Source of the DNA: Octopus bimaculoides
Lineage: Eukaryota
Assembly (NCBI RefSeq): GCF_001194135.2
Contig: NC_068984.1
Coordinates: 17,131,944 to 17,195,943, forward strand
Length of the DNA: 64,000 nucleotides
Direction: 5' to 3'
Both the position numbers and the translations under genes were made by a program. Positions 13,112 to 25,990 of the stretch are shown one piece after another; the stretch's first letter is position 1, and every line of letters starts with the position of its first letter. Below the pieces are notes generated by a model. It saw nothing but the letters and a program-made list of their open reading frames with translations, made no database searches and was not told the origin of the DNA.

Positions 13112-14467
13112 CTTGAAATAAATGAGGTGAAAGCATAATTTTCTATAAGATAAACTATTTCACACACACACACGAAAGAGAGGAGTCAGCTACATACTTC
13201 AGACACAGAAATTAATAAAATGTATACCTAAAACACAGTGAACTCAGCTCATTTAATCACACCTTTAAAAGAATGCTACCTAAGGAAACAAAAGCAGATG
13301 GTGTAATTCCTAACTAAAAAGAATTTAAAATAATATGAATGGACAAGGCTGTAGTAGTTAACCATAATCATTACTAAATACCTCGATGTGTAACTAAATT
13401 TGAATTTTGAAATTTTATTAAAAGGAAATATTCTCTGATCTGATTTAAAATTTTCTCAATAAATAATTGAATTACAAACTTCAAGAAATAGTGCTTGTGC
13501 ATTTTCTTTCTTAGAGAGACACATTTCTATGGGACACTATGGTGGCACAGTATCTTCTTCATAGTACCATGTTCATGACATAAAAGACATTACTGGTATA
13601 AAAGTATAGTTAGTATAACTTCCTTTTAAAAAACCCAGCGCTTTGAGGTTATCTTGCCCTCAGAATTTGCATTTAATAGCAGCAAACTACTAACAAGTGT
13701 TCTGCTGCTCTACTTGTTACCTTCCCCTTTGATTACATAACGAACTGGTTAACCGAGTAACATATGTAACAAAACAGCAAAATATCAAAAGCTTCATTCC
13801 TGAATGGTAACATATTTGAAGATATGAAATTAGTCAAATATACTCAAATAACTCAAATAAACTCAATGAGAAATCCACAATTGGATTGAAAAAAGAAAAT
13901 CTATAAAGATTTGGAATTTGCAAACACAACAAACAAAATGTATGGCAGTATGTCATGCTCTGTTCTATAACCACTAATTATTAGAAGACAATGACACATC
14001 ATTCATAAACAACTGCCTACGTCTCAAATATCAAGGACATGGTAACATGTTACTTAAAAAAAAAAAAAACAATCACTCCATTTTACCATTACTAATATAC
14101 AATCAAAATGTGCGACTATCAATAAATAGGTGATAAACTGATGCAAATAGATGCTTCTACTTTTGAAAAGCAGTGCCTGGATTGACCGTGTCTGTTTGGA
14201 CTGACACCTGTGCAGGTGGCACATAAAAAGACACCATTTCAGCATAGCCATTGCCAGTACCACCGGACTGGCATTCATGCCAGTGGCACGTAAAAAGCAA
14301 CCACTACACTCTAGGAGTGGTTGGCATTAGGAAGGGCATCCAGCTGTAGAAACCCTGCCAGATCAGATTCGAGCCTGGTACAGCCATCTGGTTTGCCAGT
14401 CCCCAGTGAAATCGTCCAACCCATGCTAGCATGGAAAGCGGACGTTAAATGATGATGATGAATATTA

Positions 14468-14914
14468 CAAATCGTTGTCGACTTATGACCTGTCTGACTT
14501 ACAACCGATCGACTTTACAATGACTGGTGCACCAGCTCTCAGCAGCAATAATAAATAGTCCAGTTGAAATCTAATGGGTTTACTTTCTTACTGTCTATGA
14601 ATGATGTCAGCTAACAAATGCTTCCCCTAAGTTTGGTTATCGATTGCCACTGTGGTTATCCCAAGTGCTGGATGAATATCCTGTCGTGGAGACATTGAGG
14701 CAACTTCGTATTTGTTTATAAGAACACTGCTTGAGACTCTGAAATTTTTGACTAATGCCAGTATAATAGTATAATACAGAATGGTGTATGTGATTTTTAC
14801 CTGAGAATGTACCTTGGAGAATGTAAAAATATAAAACAAACCTATGCAGACCTATAGGCCGATTTACAACCAGTCAGTCGGAACCAATTGTGGTCATAAG
14901 TTGATGACGACCTG
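14468..14914. mobile_element. Tc1/mariner-pogo (Tigger-like) MITE (447 bp)
   Basis: TA flanks; imperfect ~23-bp TIRs CAAATCGTTGTCGACTTATGACC / reverse complement CAGGTCGTCATCAACTTATGACC. Confidence 0.6.
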
Positions 14915-15341
14915 TATTTCTCGAGTGGATTTGATAAATGGAAACTGAAAGAAGCCCGATGTATATGTACATATATATGTATGTTTGTGAATATGCGTGT
15001 GTTTGTCTCTCCTTGGCTTGAGATTATTGCATAACAGTTGTAAATGAACATCACTATCATAACAAGTAGTGTCATTCATTTCCAATATTCAATGAAAACA
15101 TGTCTGGCCTTGAAGAAATGTTGCCTTGCTTGGAAATATGTAAAGGCAGGTGACAGGAAGGGCATCCAGCCACAGAAATTATGCCAAAGATGACATCAGA
15201 ACATGACACAGCAGTGCAGGATGCCAGTTCTCTATTAAACCATCCTACACATGCCAGCATGTAAAACAACTGTTAAATGACGATGATTATATATGATATA
15301 TATACATACATATATATATATATATACATATATATATATGC

Positions 15342-15372
<31 letters not shown>

Positions 15373-15415
15373 CATATACATATATATATATATACATATA
15401 TATATATACATATAC

Positions 15416-15504
<89 letters not shown>

Positions 15505-15543
15505 CATATATATATATACATATATACNNNNNNNNNNCATACA

Positions 15544-15577
<34 letters not shown>

Positions 15578-15622
15578 CATATATATATATACATATATAC
15601 ATACATATATACATACATATAC

Positions 15623-15780
15623 ATTTCTAACAAAACTGTCCGATGAACGGGAACGTGAAACTCTGAGTAAGGGTTTTTTTGTTATATTTCTGCTGCTTTT
15701 AAATAAAGCATATTACTCTACCTCTGGTATTTGAGTACTCTTTTTTCCACCTTGTTGCACATTTCATGTGCTTACTCCGG
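15623..15780 (+). mobile_element. ~160-bp pLTR-like element containing the hammerhead and an AATAAA, between two (TA/TACA)n arrays
   Basis: Complex sequence with sharp boundaries against microsatellites; hammerhead at the 5' end; AATAAA at 15702-15707. Confidence 0.5.
15628..15684 (+). ncRNA. Minimal type I hammerhead variant (core CCGATGA)
   Basis: Stem I TAAC-AAAACTGT / AGGGTTTT-(TTT)-GTTA with one G.G mismatch; CCGATGA (15640-46; U4>C); stem II ACG-GGAA-CGT (GNRA loop); GAAAC; near-palindromic stem III ACTC-T-GAGT; GUA triplet at 15667-69. Confidence 0.55.
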
Positions 15781-17419
15781 TACATATATATACATACATA
15801 TACATATATGTATACATATATATATACATATATACATATATATACACATATATATATATATATACACATATATATTCATATATACATATATATTTTACTA
15901 TATTCTTTGTTATATTTAAAATTAATTGAAAAAAACACAAATAAATACAGTACATACAGGGTTAATACCATCTGAGTACCAGCGATGTTAGTTCATATCT
16001 CTCAAAAATAATATGCCCTGTAGCTCTTTGATTTTGATGTGTGACAATCAGTGGAATGACACAGACCTTACTTCAAAAACAAGGGTTGCTAACAAGAAAG
16101 GCATCCAGCCAAAGAAAATTGCATCAGTAGGTTTCATCTAACTCATGCTACTATATAAAAGTGGATGTAAAAATGATGGTGATGGATGATTATATAATTA
16201 TCAGTGTGTTGATACCAGTGTGATATTCAAGTAATTTTCTATCTATTTCCATTCACTTTTTCTAAAGATAAATCTAATAAGCTCTAGTTTAATTCTCTTT
16301 TAATTAAATACTACTACTACTACTACTACTACTGATGAGACTGATATGTATGAAGAGCCTGTCAGTCTGTGTTGATCAGTCATCTGCACTTTATGCACAG
16401 GTCTCATCACCACTCATATCACTTTTGAGGTCCCCCTCCCCTTCAACCTCCCTTCTAAAATATGGGTAGTCATGTAGCTACTTTGCAACAAGAAACTTGT
16501 TCTGCTTCAGTCCTTTTCTCCCATGCTTTCTCCCTCACTCCTCCTTATTTTCCAAGCATAAAGTTCCCTCTCGCACACACACTCGGGGTTCATAATCTTC
16601 TTACATATTGCATGGCAACCTCGCTAGTGCACGTGGAATAAAGACAAAAGCACCCAATACACACTGTAAAGTGGTTGGCACTAGGAAAGATATCCAGCCG
16701 TAGAAACTATGCTAAACAGACACTGGAGCATAATACAATCTTGGCCTAATGTCCAATCTATGCCTGCTTGAAACATGGACATTAAATGATGATGAAGACT
16801 GGCAGTTACCAAAGCATATGTCTTCCTTTTTTATATCAACAATGTTTTCCAAGGGAAAGATCACAAACATGGGCTGATACAGTCAGGGACCAGTATCATA
16901 GCAAGTATTTCTGTCAGAATACAAATGAGTGAAACAGATACCACAAGGCATCTTGTTTGACCACCCTGGGTCCATACTTTTTCTTAAATCAACTTGATTA
17001 CATAGAAAACTGATTAGTTTCAACTAATGTAAATCAATTACATTTTTCTTCTTTGTTGTGTGAGTGCTAATTTTTTTGATAAAATTTTGACACTTAAATT
17101 GGCTTTAAGATTGAATGAAATTCATCATCATGTCTATTGTCCACGCTGGCATGGATTGGATGGTTTGACCAGGGCTGGTAAATTGAGGGGCTGCGCCAGA
17201 CTCCAGTCGGATTTGGCATGGTTTCTACAGCTGGATGCCCTTCCTAATGCCGTCTTTATTTTATTTCTATTACACCTGTCCCTCAAATTCACATCTGCAT
17301 TTTATAAATACAGATATATGAATATACATATGTTTATGCTAAAGTTTCTTTTCACACAGTAGTTTGAAGCAATCATTTGTGACAACATTTTTAATTCCAT
17401 ATTTATTCATACGTAAAGA

Positions 17420-18720
17420 TCATCCTGTTGTACCACCACTTTGCGCCTCTCATTGAACTCACAAAGGCATTCAAACTTGTGAGTAGAGCCTGTACAAAAT
17501 CTTTGCGAAGACAGAATGCCAAGAATGGGTGTTCAGTCATTCCACACAGACATGAAGGGCATCATTCAGTTTGATGGCTCTTCCTTGAAATCCTTCAGTA
17601 TTCACAGTGTAGTGAAACAGGGCTGTGTACTTGCTCCCACCTTCTTTGACATTTTCTTTGTTGTCATGCTAAAGCATATTTTCTGAACATCAACTGATGG
17701 TGTTTACTTTCATAGAAAATCAAACAGGAAACTGCTCAGTTTGTCCTGACTGAAAGCAAAACCCAGAGTATGTGAAGTACTCACCAGTGGCATACAGTTT
17801 GTAGATGATGCAGCAACTGCAAAGCATCATGAACATTCTCACAAGAGACTGTCTAGCCTTTAGCTTGACCTTCAATCTGAAGACAAAAAGCTGGGTCAAG
17901 ATGTTGAACACTTCTCTACCATTACCATTAACAACTGCAAGCTGGAGGTAATCCACAAGTTCACATACTATGGTTTCACCATAGTATGGACAAACTCTCA
18001 CTCTCTCTCAAGGGTCTGAGATCAACAAACATTTTGGAAAAGTAGCCTGAATGCTGACTAAGCCGACAATGAGAATCTGGGAGAACAGTAAACTAATGGT
18101 TGCAGTCAATAGAGCCAGCATCCTCAGCACAGTGTTGAACACTAGTGAGACTTAAAGGCTCTTACTCCATACAAGAGCATTTTCTTCATACAATCTGAAT
18201 GTCTTCCACAAAGTCTGAAACACATCCTGGGTATTAAATGGACAGACAGCAACGAGGTTCTGGCTTGTATGCACATACCCAGTCCCCTCGATCTACTGCA
18301 ACAATGATACCTCTGCTAGTTGGCCCTTGTACACTGCATGGTAAATGAGAGGATCCAAAAAATTTGCTGTATGAGAAGAACAGGACACACCATCTTTGTT
18401 TCAAGGATGTCTGCAAGAAAGATATGAAATCTCTTCACATGAACACTGAAAGGCAGTTGTTCTTGATGGAGTCTGAAACTAAACAAGGGTTTAAAAGGAT
18501 GAGTGGAGAAGCTGAGGTTTGTTGATGAAGAAAAGCAAAAAATCAAAGGAAAAACAGCACCAAAACAAAAGTAGCAGACAGTGCCTTCCTGTGTCGTCAC
18601 CGTACTTAAAAACTGTCTCTCATATATAGATCACTACAGTCACAGAAGACATTGCTCTGTTAACAAAACTGAAGCAAGACTTTCCAGGCACAAATTCATG
18701 ATTTTGCAAATCTGACAGCT
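17420..18720 (+). pseudogene. Decayed, 5'-truncated RTE-clade (BovB-like) LINE: RT domain and C-terminus
   Basis: Frame pieces LTKAFKLVSR, FHTDMKGIIQFDGSS, VKQGCVLAPTFFDIFF, QFVDDAA and C-terminal NCLSYIDHYSHRRHC, with many indels and stops. Confidence 0.8.
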
Positions 18721-19774
18721 GCCTCCAATTCTACACACTCAGGTATATAATGTGCATTACGAATTATGGGCAATAAAATCCTGGAAAAATAACTCTAATG
18801 TATAATATGCACTGACTTTCCTTTAAAATTACAATATATTGAAAAAGGAGCTTAGATTTATTATAATTGCTATACAAAATAGCATTGAAAAAGTTCACAC
18901 ATCCTAAACAAAACAAAAGGCAAATTTGAAAGTGACCTTTGAAATTTACTTGTGAAGGCTGTAAAAGTACACCCAAAGTCAAAGAAAATTATTTTGATTT
19001 TGATAATAACAATGAGCAAAAATAAGTTTATACTTAATTTTAACATTCAGTTAGTATAGTAATGCCCACATGGTTATGTTGACATAAGAAAACAAAGTAT
19101 TGTATAAGTGTGGATTTTTTAAAACTTAAACACTTTTTTTTTTATTATGAACTGGATTTTTGTTACAAAATTAAGCATTCAGGATCTGGTAGAATTTGTT
19201 TTTAATAAAAAAAAAATTCTTCAGAATCATAATAACTTGAAACACAGCATTTTAAATTTTCAGAAAACATAAAAGACATTTTTAAAACCATTCCTTCGAA
19301 TGCTACATATGTCATTTTGTAGGACATAGATTGGGTTGACACAGAAAATTGTATCTAATTTGTAGTATGAATTTCAGTTTAGATGAAAACAAAACACAAC
19401 GTTTCATTGCTACTAATGCCAATTTTACTTTCTGACTATTTCATACTAAGAATTGCGAGTAAAATGTTGCTGTATTTTGTCACACATTGAGGTTGTTTCC
19501 CATTTTACTAATATGTTGAAATGGTTCAGAAATAAATGCAAAATTGAAATAGATACAAGTGAAACAATGAAATACACTTAGTATCTGTTTATTTGCTGCT
19601 ACATATATATATATATATATATAGCTTGCATATATATGTTATGACAAGAACATATATTTGCTAAAACTTTCATCTGTGATTCAATAACTTGCTGTGAGAA
19701 GTAACACAAAAGCATCCTATACATGACCATCCAGTCATTATAGCATTTATACATATATATGTGTGTGAGTGTGT

Positions 19775-20200
19775 GTGTTGGCACCTGTGCCAGTGGAGCG
19801 CTAACAGCACCATCCAAGCGGGACCACTGCCAGAGCAGCGGTTTCGCTCCCATGCCGGTGGCACATAAAAAGCACCATTTGAGTGCAATCGTTTCCAGCT
19901 TCGCCTTAGTGGCACTTGTGCCGGTGGCATGTGAACAAAACATTGGACTGACTCCTGTGCAGGTGGCACGTAGAAAACATCATTTGAGCGTGGCCATTGC
20001 CAGTACTGCCGGTGGCACGTAAAAAGCACCCACTACACTCTCAGAGTGGTTGGTGTTAGGAAGGGCATCCAGCTGTAGAAACTGCCAGATCAGATTGGAG
20101 TCTGGTGTAGCCATCCGGTTCGCCAGTCCCCAGTCAAATCGTCCAACCCATGCTAGCATGGAAAACGGACATTAAATGATGATGATGATGATGATGATGA
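19775..20200 (+). repeat. (GAT)n-tailed RTE-derived repeat (other plus copies ~12490-12780, 14170-14460, 16600-16795, 22790-22995, 25440-25660, 39210-39400, 58155-58590, 63040-63205)
   Basis: Shared aaaagcacccactacactc...ggaagggcatccagctgtagaaa...catgctagcatggaaa...taaatgatgatg. Confidence 0.85.
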
Positions 20201-21329
20201 TATTGCATATATATTAAACAATATATTGACTGGTTATGGCTGGAACACAATGGTGTTATTTCCTTTTATAGTGGATATTGAAACAAAATCAATTTTAATA
20301 AGTCTATGCTCTTATAATAGTGTATATAGACAAACTAAGATACACAGTAGCATATAAACAATGTAAGTGCATATCATCATTTCAATTTTACACATTACAT
20401 CTGAATCTTTTTAATGTGTTAGTAAAATAGGAAACAACCTTGACCAATACAATTTCCAATATGGGCATGCTAAAGACAATAACGAACATGACATATATCA
20501 TCACTATCATAGCAAAAAAATGTGACATTATAATTGTGATTTACACTCTTTGTAACACTTTGATCAGCTTGGATAACATCTCCAGTTATGTCATCCCAAA
20601 TACTGCTGTGTAAATGGGACAAGCAGACATTTACTTCTCATGTTTAATGTGCATCCCTAATTTTTGAGTTTAAAAATTGGGGAGAAAAAGAGGGTGTTGT
20701 ACATGAATAAGTATAGTAATGGCTGTGTGGTAAGAAATTCGCTTCCCAGCCACATGGTTTCAGGTTCAGTCCCACTGCATGCCCTTTGGGCACTCCAACC
20801 TCATAAAACCCTCACCAGCAATGACTACCCAAACAGACCCACGGGTTGGAGGGGTGTCACTTGAGTGGTGCAATGGTGTCATCCACCAGGGATAAGGAAT
20901 CACCAACAAATGGTGGATTCAGTGACAAGCTGTTACAGTGCAGGACGCCATACTACCACCACCTTTGGTATGTAGTCCTAAGTAGTGATATCTCAAGTCA
21001 TGAGCACACTGGGCAGTTGTTCGGAGAGGGGCCTCAAGGGTCTAGGAGCCCAATTCTGATATATGTATGCTTTGGCTAGTTGTCAATAAATAATAAATAC
21101 CATAGGACCCAATGCATTGATTTACTTAGGGGGCTATATTGCTGCTAAGATGGCTCTGGTCTTAACTATATTCAAGATGAGCGATCACTATTTGAAATCA
21201 CGATGCTTAGTTAGCATTTCAAGTTTCAGCTTTGTCATTCACAAGCAGGAAATGGAGAGACAGTACTGTAGTCATGTTTGATTCATATAATTTCTGTGCT
21301 GTGAGGCTACTGTATAGGGTAAGACACCA

Positions 21330-21630
21330 CTTTCGGTCACATATGACCATGAAATTGCACCAAGAAAGTTACCCTTCTAGGTACAAGTCTGGGCAAGGTT
21401 GTTTATGGAAGACCAGCAGTCGCCCATGTATACCAGCCTCTCCTCTCCATGTCACCGATGTTATCCAAGGGAAAGGCAGAGGCCAATACAGTTTGGTACC
21501 AGTGATGTTGCAACTCATTTCTACAGCTGAGTGAACAGAAGCAATGTGAAAAAAAAGCCCAGTTCAGGAATCAAACTCACTACCTCATGATTGCAAGCCA
21601 GATGCTGTTACCACAGTCATGCACCTTCAC
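21330..21630 (-). mobile_element. tRNA-derived SINE family C (related copies ~57470-57690, 39880-40040 and 40185-40340)
   Basis: Minus strand has a tRNA-like head with GAGTTTGATTCC and a conserved cactcagctgtagaaatgag core shared among copies. Confidence 0.6.
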
Positions 21631-23729
21631 AAAAGTGCATGCTATTGAATAAGACTACATTTAATATGACCATAGTGGAGGATATTTCCAGAAGCTCAGT
21701 TCATAGATGTAATGCAAGGTTGGTGAAAAATATCTAGGTTGTGAGTAGATAATCCAAAGGAGTATACCTGGTAAGAAATGGTTGAGAAGAGGCAATTAAT
21801 ACAGCCTCAGAGGTATTTAGGAAACATAATTGAACCATTTTACACTCTAAATGAGGATAAGGGAGAGTGAGAGATGTATCAAAACACACACACTCAAATG
21901 AAGTGAGCTGACAAATTTCATATCCAAGAGAACAGATATAGTTAATAGCTACTCCTGAGCTGACATCAAGTCATATTATCACATTTTAAGAGCTCAAAAA
22001 TAAGAGAGGTACTGGTGCATGATATGAGAAAGTAGATGTTGGATAGAAATGATTCAATGTTGACCATTTGACCACCACTACATGGAGAAGGAAACCAAAA
22101 AATATAAGAAAAATAGTTTTTCAAGATTGCCTCTTTGATATTAAAAGTGAGTGTAATACACTTGTGGTTGGTAGAGGATTATTCTTTGGGGATATGACAT
22201 GTTCTCATGTTTTCATAAGTTGAAGAGAGATACCCATAAGAGAGGAAAGTTAGAGTTTGATAAGGACAGAAACCAAAATAGAGGCTCATTGAGGGTGATG
22301 ACAGTAACACTGCCATGACAAGTCATCTTGCTAGGATGAGCCAAGACCACATGGATGGAAAGTAATCTTCTTAACCATACAATCACACTTGTGTGGTTAA
22401 GAAGCTTGCTTCTATTCTATGTGTCTTGTTGTAGGAGAACTGCTGGTATTGGAAGTTGTTGGGCTTTTGGTGTATGTGAGATAAGGAAGAACATACCTAC
22501 ATGGACAGTTTTTGTTCATGGCTTAGCTTAATCAAATGGATTTTAGTTACAAATATGTAGTCAGTGTAGAATTAGTAAAGCTCTGACAAATAACCTGACC
22601 ATAGAGATCAAAACATAGATAGTGTGTGGTGAATTGACCTTGAGTAAGTTGTGCTTCGATTAGGTAGTAATCGGATAATTTTATGAGGGAACATACTGTA
22701 ATGTTGAGTTTGGAATTGAGAAAGGAAATGAATAAGTGATATGGCAAACTGATGTAGCTAATTCATCATGATGAAAATAGATTTTTCAATGCCAGAGAGT
22801 GTACTGGTGTTGCTGCGATGCAAAATAGCATCCACTGCACTCTGGAAAGTGGTCAGTGTTAGGAAGGGTATATAGCTGTAGAAACCAAGTCAAAGCAGGT
22901 TATGGAACCTGATGTGGCTCTTGGCCTTGCCAGCTCCTGTCGAACCATCCAACCCATGCCAGCATGGAAAATGGATGTTAAATGATAATGATGAGGTAGA
23001 TGGTAGATTTTATAATATCCTGCACAAATGAGGAAAGTAATATTTAGTCATTTAACTCTCTAGATTAAAAAAAAAAAAATACACAGATGTAATTAGCAAT
23101 AGCATCTGTAAAATAAAATCCTTAAACTGTTTGGGTGGCTTGTAGGGTGATTACAGTGAAATGTATAAACTTTAAAAAGGTGTGAAGAACTGTCTCTCAA
23201 GCGAATGTTGGAGAGTCCAAGCAGTTGCTTGACTTACTAGATATAGCAACCAAGTCTCCTTCATATTATACTCTCCTGTTTTAGAAAAAAGGGAGAGACA
23301 CATAAGATAATATAGTCAGAGATATCCCTAAAAAAGCAGGATGGTCACAACTGGAATGCTTTTGAGCAAAGGTATGCCCAATCAAGGATGATTTGGAGCT
23401 AAACAACAATAACAAAGTATTTCTCCTTAGATGCAAAAAGAAGCATTATGCCGATGCTGCTTAGTAGAGAGAGATAGACATTAGAATATAAAAGATGCGC
23501 AGAAGGTGGAAAGAAATGAGTCAGGTATGGTTTGTTGAATGTGTAATGCTAACTTGCATGAAAAGCAGAACAGAAGAAGTGAACTGAGGGAGTGGTTGAG
23601 TTTGGAAGGCATTAACCAAAATGAGCAGGAAGACGACTGGCATAATATGGATATGTGATGTGTATGCAGAAGTAACTACTGATTGAAAAAGCATCAGCTG
23701 AAGGTGCAAGCAGTAAAGAATAACCAAGG

Positions 23730-24380
23730 ATAGATCGTTGCCAGTGCCCCTGGACTGGCTCTTGTGCGGGTGGCACATGAGATGCACCATTTTGAGCGTG
23801 GTCGTTGCCAGTACCGCCTGACTGGCTCCCGTAGGATTTTTGAGCGAGATCGTTGCCAGTGCCCCTGGACTGGCTTGTGCGGGTGGCACATAAAAGACAC
23901 CATTCCGAGCGTGGCCGTTTTCGTGCGGGTGACACGTAAAAGCACCCACTACACTCTCTGAGTGGTTGGCGTTAGGAAGGGCATCCAGCTGTAGAAATTC
24001 TGCCAAATTAGATTGGAGCCTGGTGTTGCCATCCGGTTTCACTAGTCCTCTGTCAAATCGTCCAACCCATGCTAGCATGGAAAGCGGACGTTAAACGATG
24101 ATGATGATATATATATCATCATTGTTGTCGTTTAACGTCTGCTTTCCATGCTGGCATAGGTTGGACGGTTTGACTGAGGACTGGCAAGCTGGGAGGCTAC
24201 ACCAGGCTCCAATCTGATTTGGCAAAATTTCTACACCTGGGTGCTCTTCCTAATGCCAACCACTCCGAGAGTGTAGTGGGTGCTTTTTACGTGCCACCAG
24301 GACCAGTCAGGCAGCACTGGCATTGACCACGCTCAAATGGTGCTTTTACATGCCACCGGCATGGGTGCCAGTCAGGCAGC
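23730..24380. repeat. Tail-to-tail inverted pair of the (GAT)n-tailed RTE-derived repeat
   Basis: Plus copy ends ...gcggacgttaaacgatgatgatg at ~24108, then a short (AT)n spacer, then a minus copy begins atcatcattgttgtcgtttaacgtctgc. Confidence 0.85.
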
Positions 24381-25779
24381 ATATATATATGTGTGTGTGT
24401 TAGGACATGGCTATGTGGTTAAGAATTCTACCTCACAACTACATGGTTTCAGGTTCAGTCCCACTATGTGACACTTTGAACAAATGTCTTTTACTATAGT
24501 TACAGGCCGACCAATGCCTGACATAAATTGTAAAGAAGCCTGTTTATATATATATATATATATTATACACACATATAAATCGCCATCATTATTTAATGTC
24601 CACTTCCATATTGGCATAGGTTCTATATATAAATATTGAGATATATGTACAAATATATACACATACACATATCATCATCACCATGTTTTACCATTCAGAG
24701 ATGTGTCGTTGGGAAATTCACTTTGCAACCACATGGTATTGGACTCAGTCCCACCACATGGTACTTTGGGCAATTGTCTTCTATTGATCAAAGCCTTGTG
24801 AGTGAATTTGGAAGACAAACTAAAAGTAGCTTCATGTTGCATATATATGTGAGGTGGAGGGGGTGTCTCTTGTCTTGACAATGTGTGCTAATTGTAAACA
24901 AACCTCACCAGCATACAAGTGTAAAATGATGGCAACAATGAGTTTCCATGCTCGCACGGGGCAGACAAAACTTGTTGAGTTAGATTTTTCTACAGCTAGA
25001 TGCTCTTCCCATCAGCAATCCGAATAAGATATTTCCCCCTTGTCCTTTAATTCACAAAAAAGTTCAAAGGCCATACATGCTTTTGTAGAGAGTTGTCAGC
25101 AAATGACACTATGTACGACAATGAGTTTTGTTTACAATTTGGACAGACAAGCCAAGAGGAAAAGACACACACAAACACATTCACACACACACAACAGGCT
25201 TTTTAGAGTTTCCATCTATCAAGCTTCACTCACAAGGCATTGAGTAACCCACAGCTATACTTGAAGACACTAGCCAACAGTGTCCATGCGGAGGGAATAA
25301 ACACTAAAACATGTGGTCTCAAAGTAAAATTCTTAACCACATAGCCATGGCATCACTTATTTTATATATAATACACACACACACAAGTGAGTGCATGAGT
25401 GTTTTATCTCAACATTGAGGAATCAGCTGAAAGGTCTTGTCTTGCAAGTTACTTGGTGACATTGCTGGTGCTGGTGTCATGTAAAAAAGCACCCCGTACA
25501 CTCTGTAAAGAGGTTGGCATTACAAAGGGCATCCAGCCGTAGAAACCATGCCAAAGCAGACAGTAGAACTTGGCACAGTCTTCTAGCTCACCAGCTCCAG
25601 TCAAACAGTCCAACACATGTCATCAAGGAAAACAGATGTTACATGGTGATGATGATGATGTCTTTGTATTGAGACTGCTTGAACAGCATTGACATTTCTA
25701 TGCATAGCTCAGTGGTTTGACATGCAAGACTAGCAGAGGAATAAAATGTTTCACTTGGAAACAAGTTGGCATCAGGAAG

Positions 25780-25990
25780 AGCATTCAGCTATAGAATCTG
25801 ACCTCAAGAAATCTCTCAAACCCATTCCAGCACAGAAAAGAGAACATAAAGACAATGATGATTGGGGAGGGGGACAATTATTTCACTGGTTCCAGAAACA
25901 AAGATTAAATGAACGCCAAGAAGATTTCAGCCTTGAACCAGCAGGCTCGAAGCTAGATAAAGCTTATGATTCTATCTCATGTTCATATTA
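25780..25990 (+). pseudogene. Possible non-LTR RT fragment (R4/Dong-like)
   Basis: ORF tail ...GSKLDKAYDSISCS resembles the D.KKAYDSVPHS motif; weak and recognised by eye only. Confidence 0.3.

Larger units (their letters stand above)
15290..15890. repeat. Compound (TA)n/(TACA)n microsatellite arrays
   Basis: Directly visible; explains the spurious YI/HI/MY ORFs. Confidence 0.95.

Noticed and set aside
15235-15975. Long ORFs rich in Y/I/M/H
   Set aside because: Microsatellite translations.
23521-24078. 185-aa ORF also seen at 49921 and 59127 (LQSNLAEFLQLDALPNANHSESVVG)
   Set aside because: Antisense translation of the RTE-tail repeat, not a gene family.
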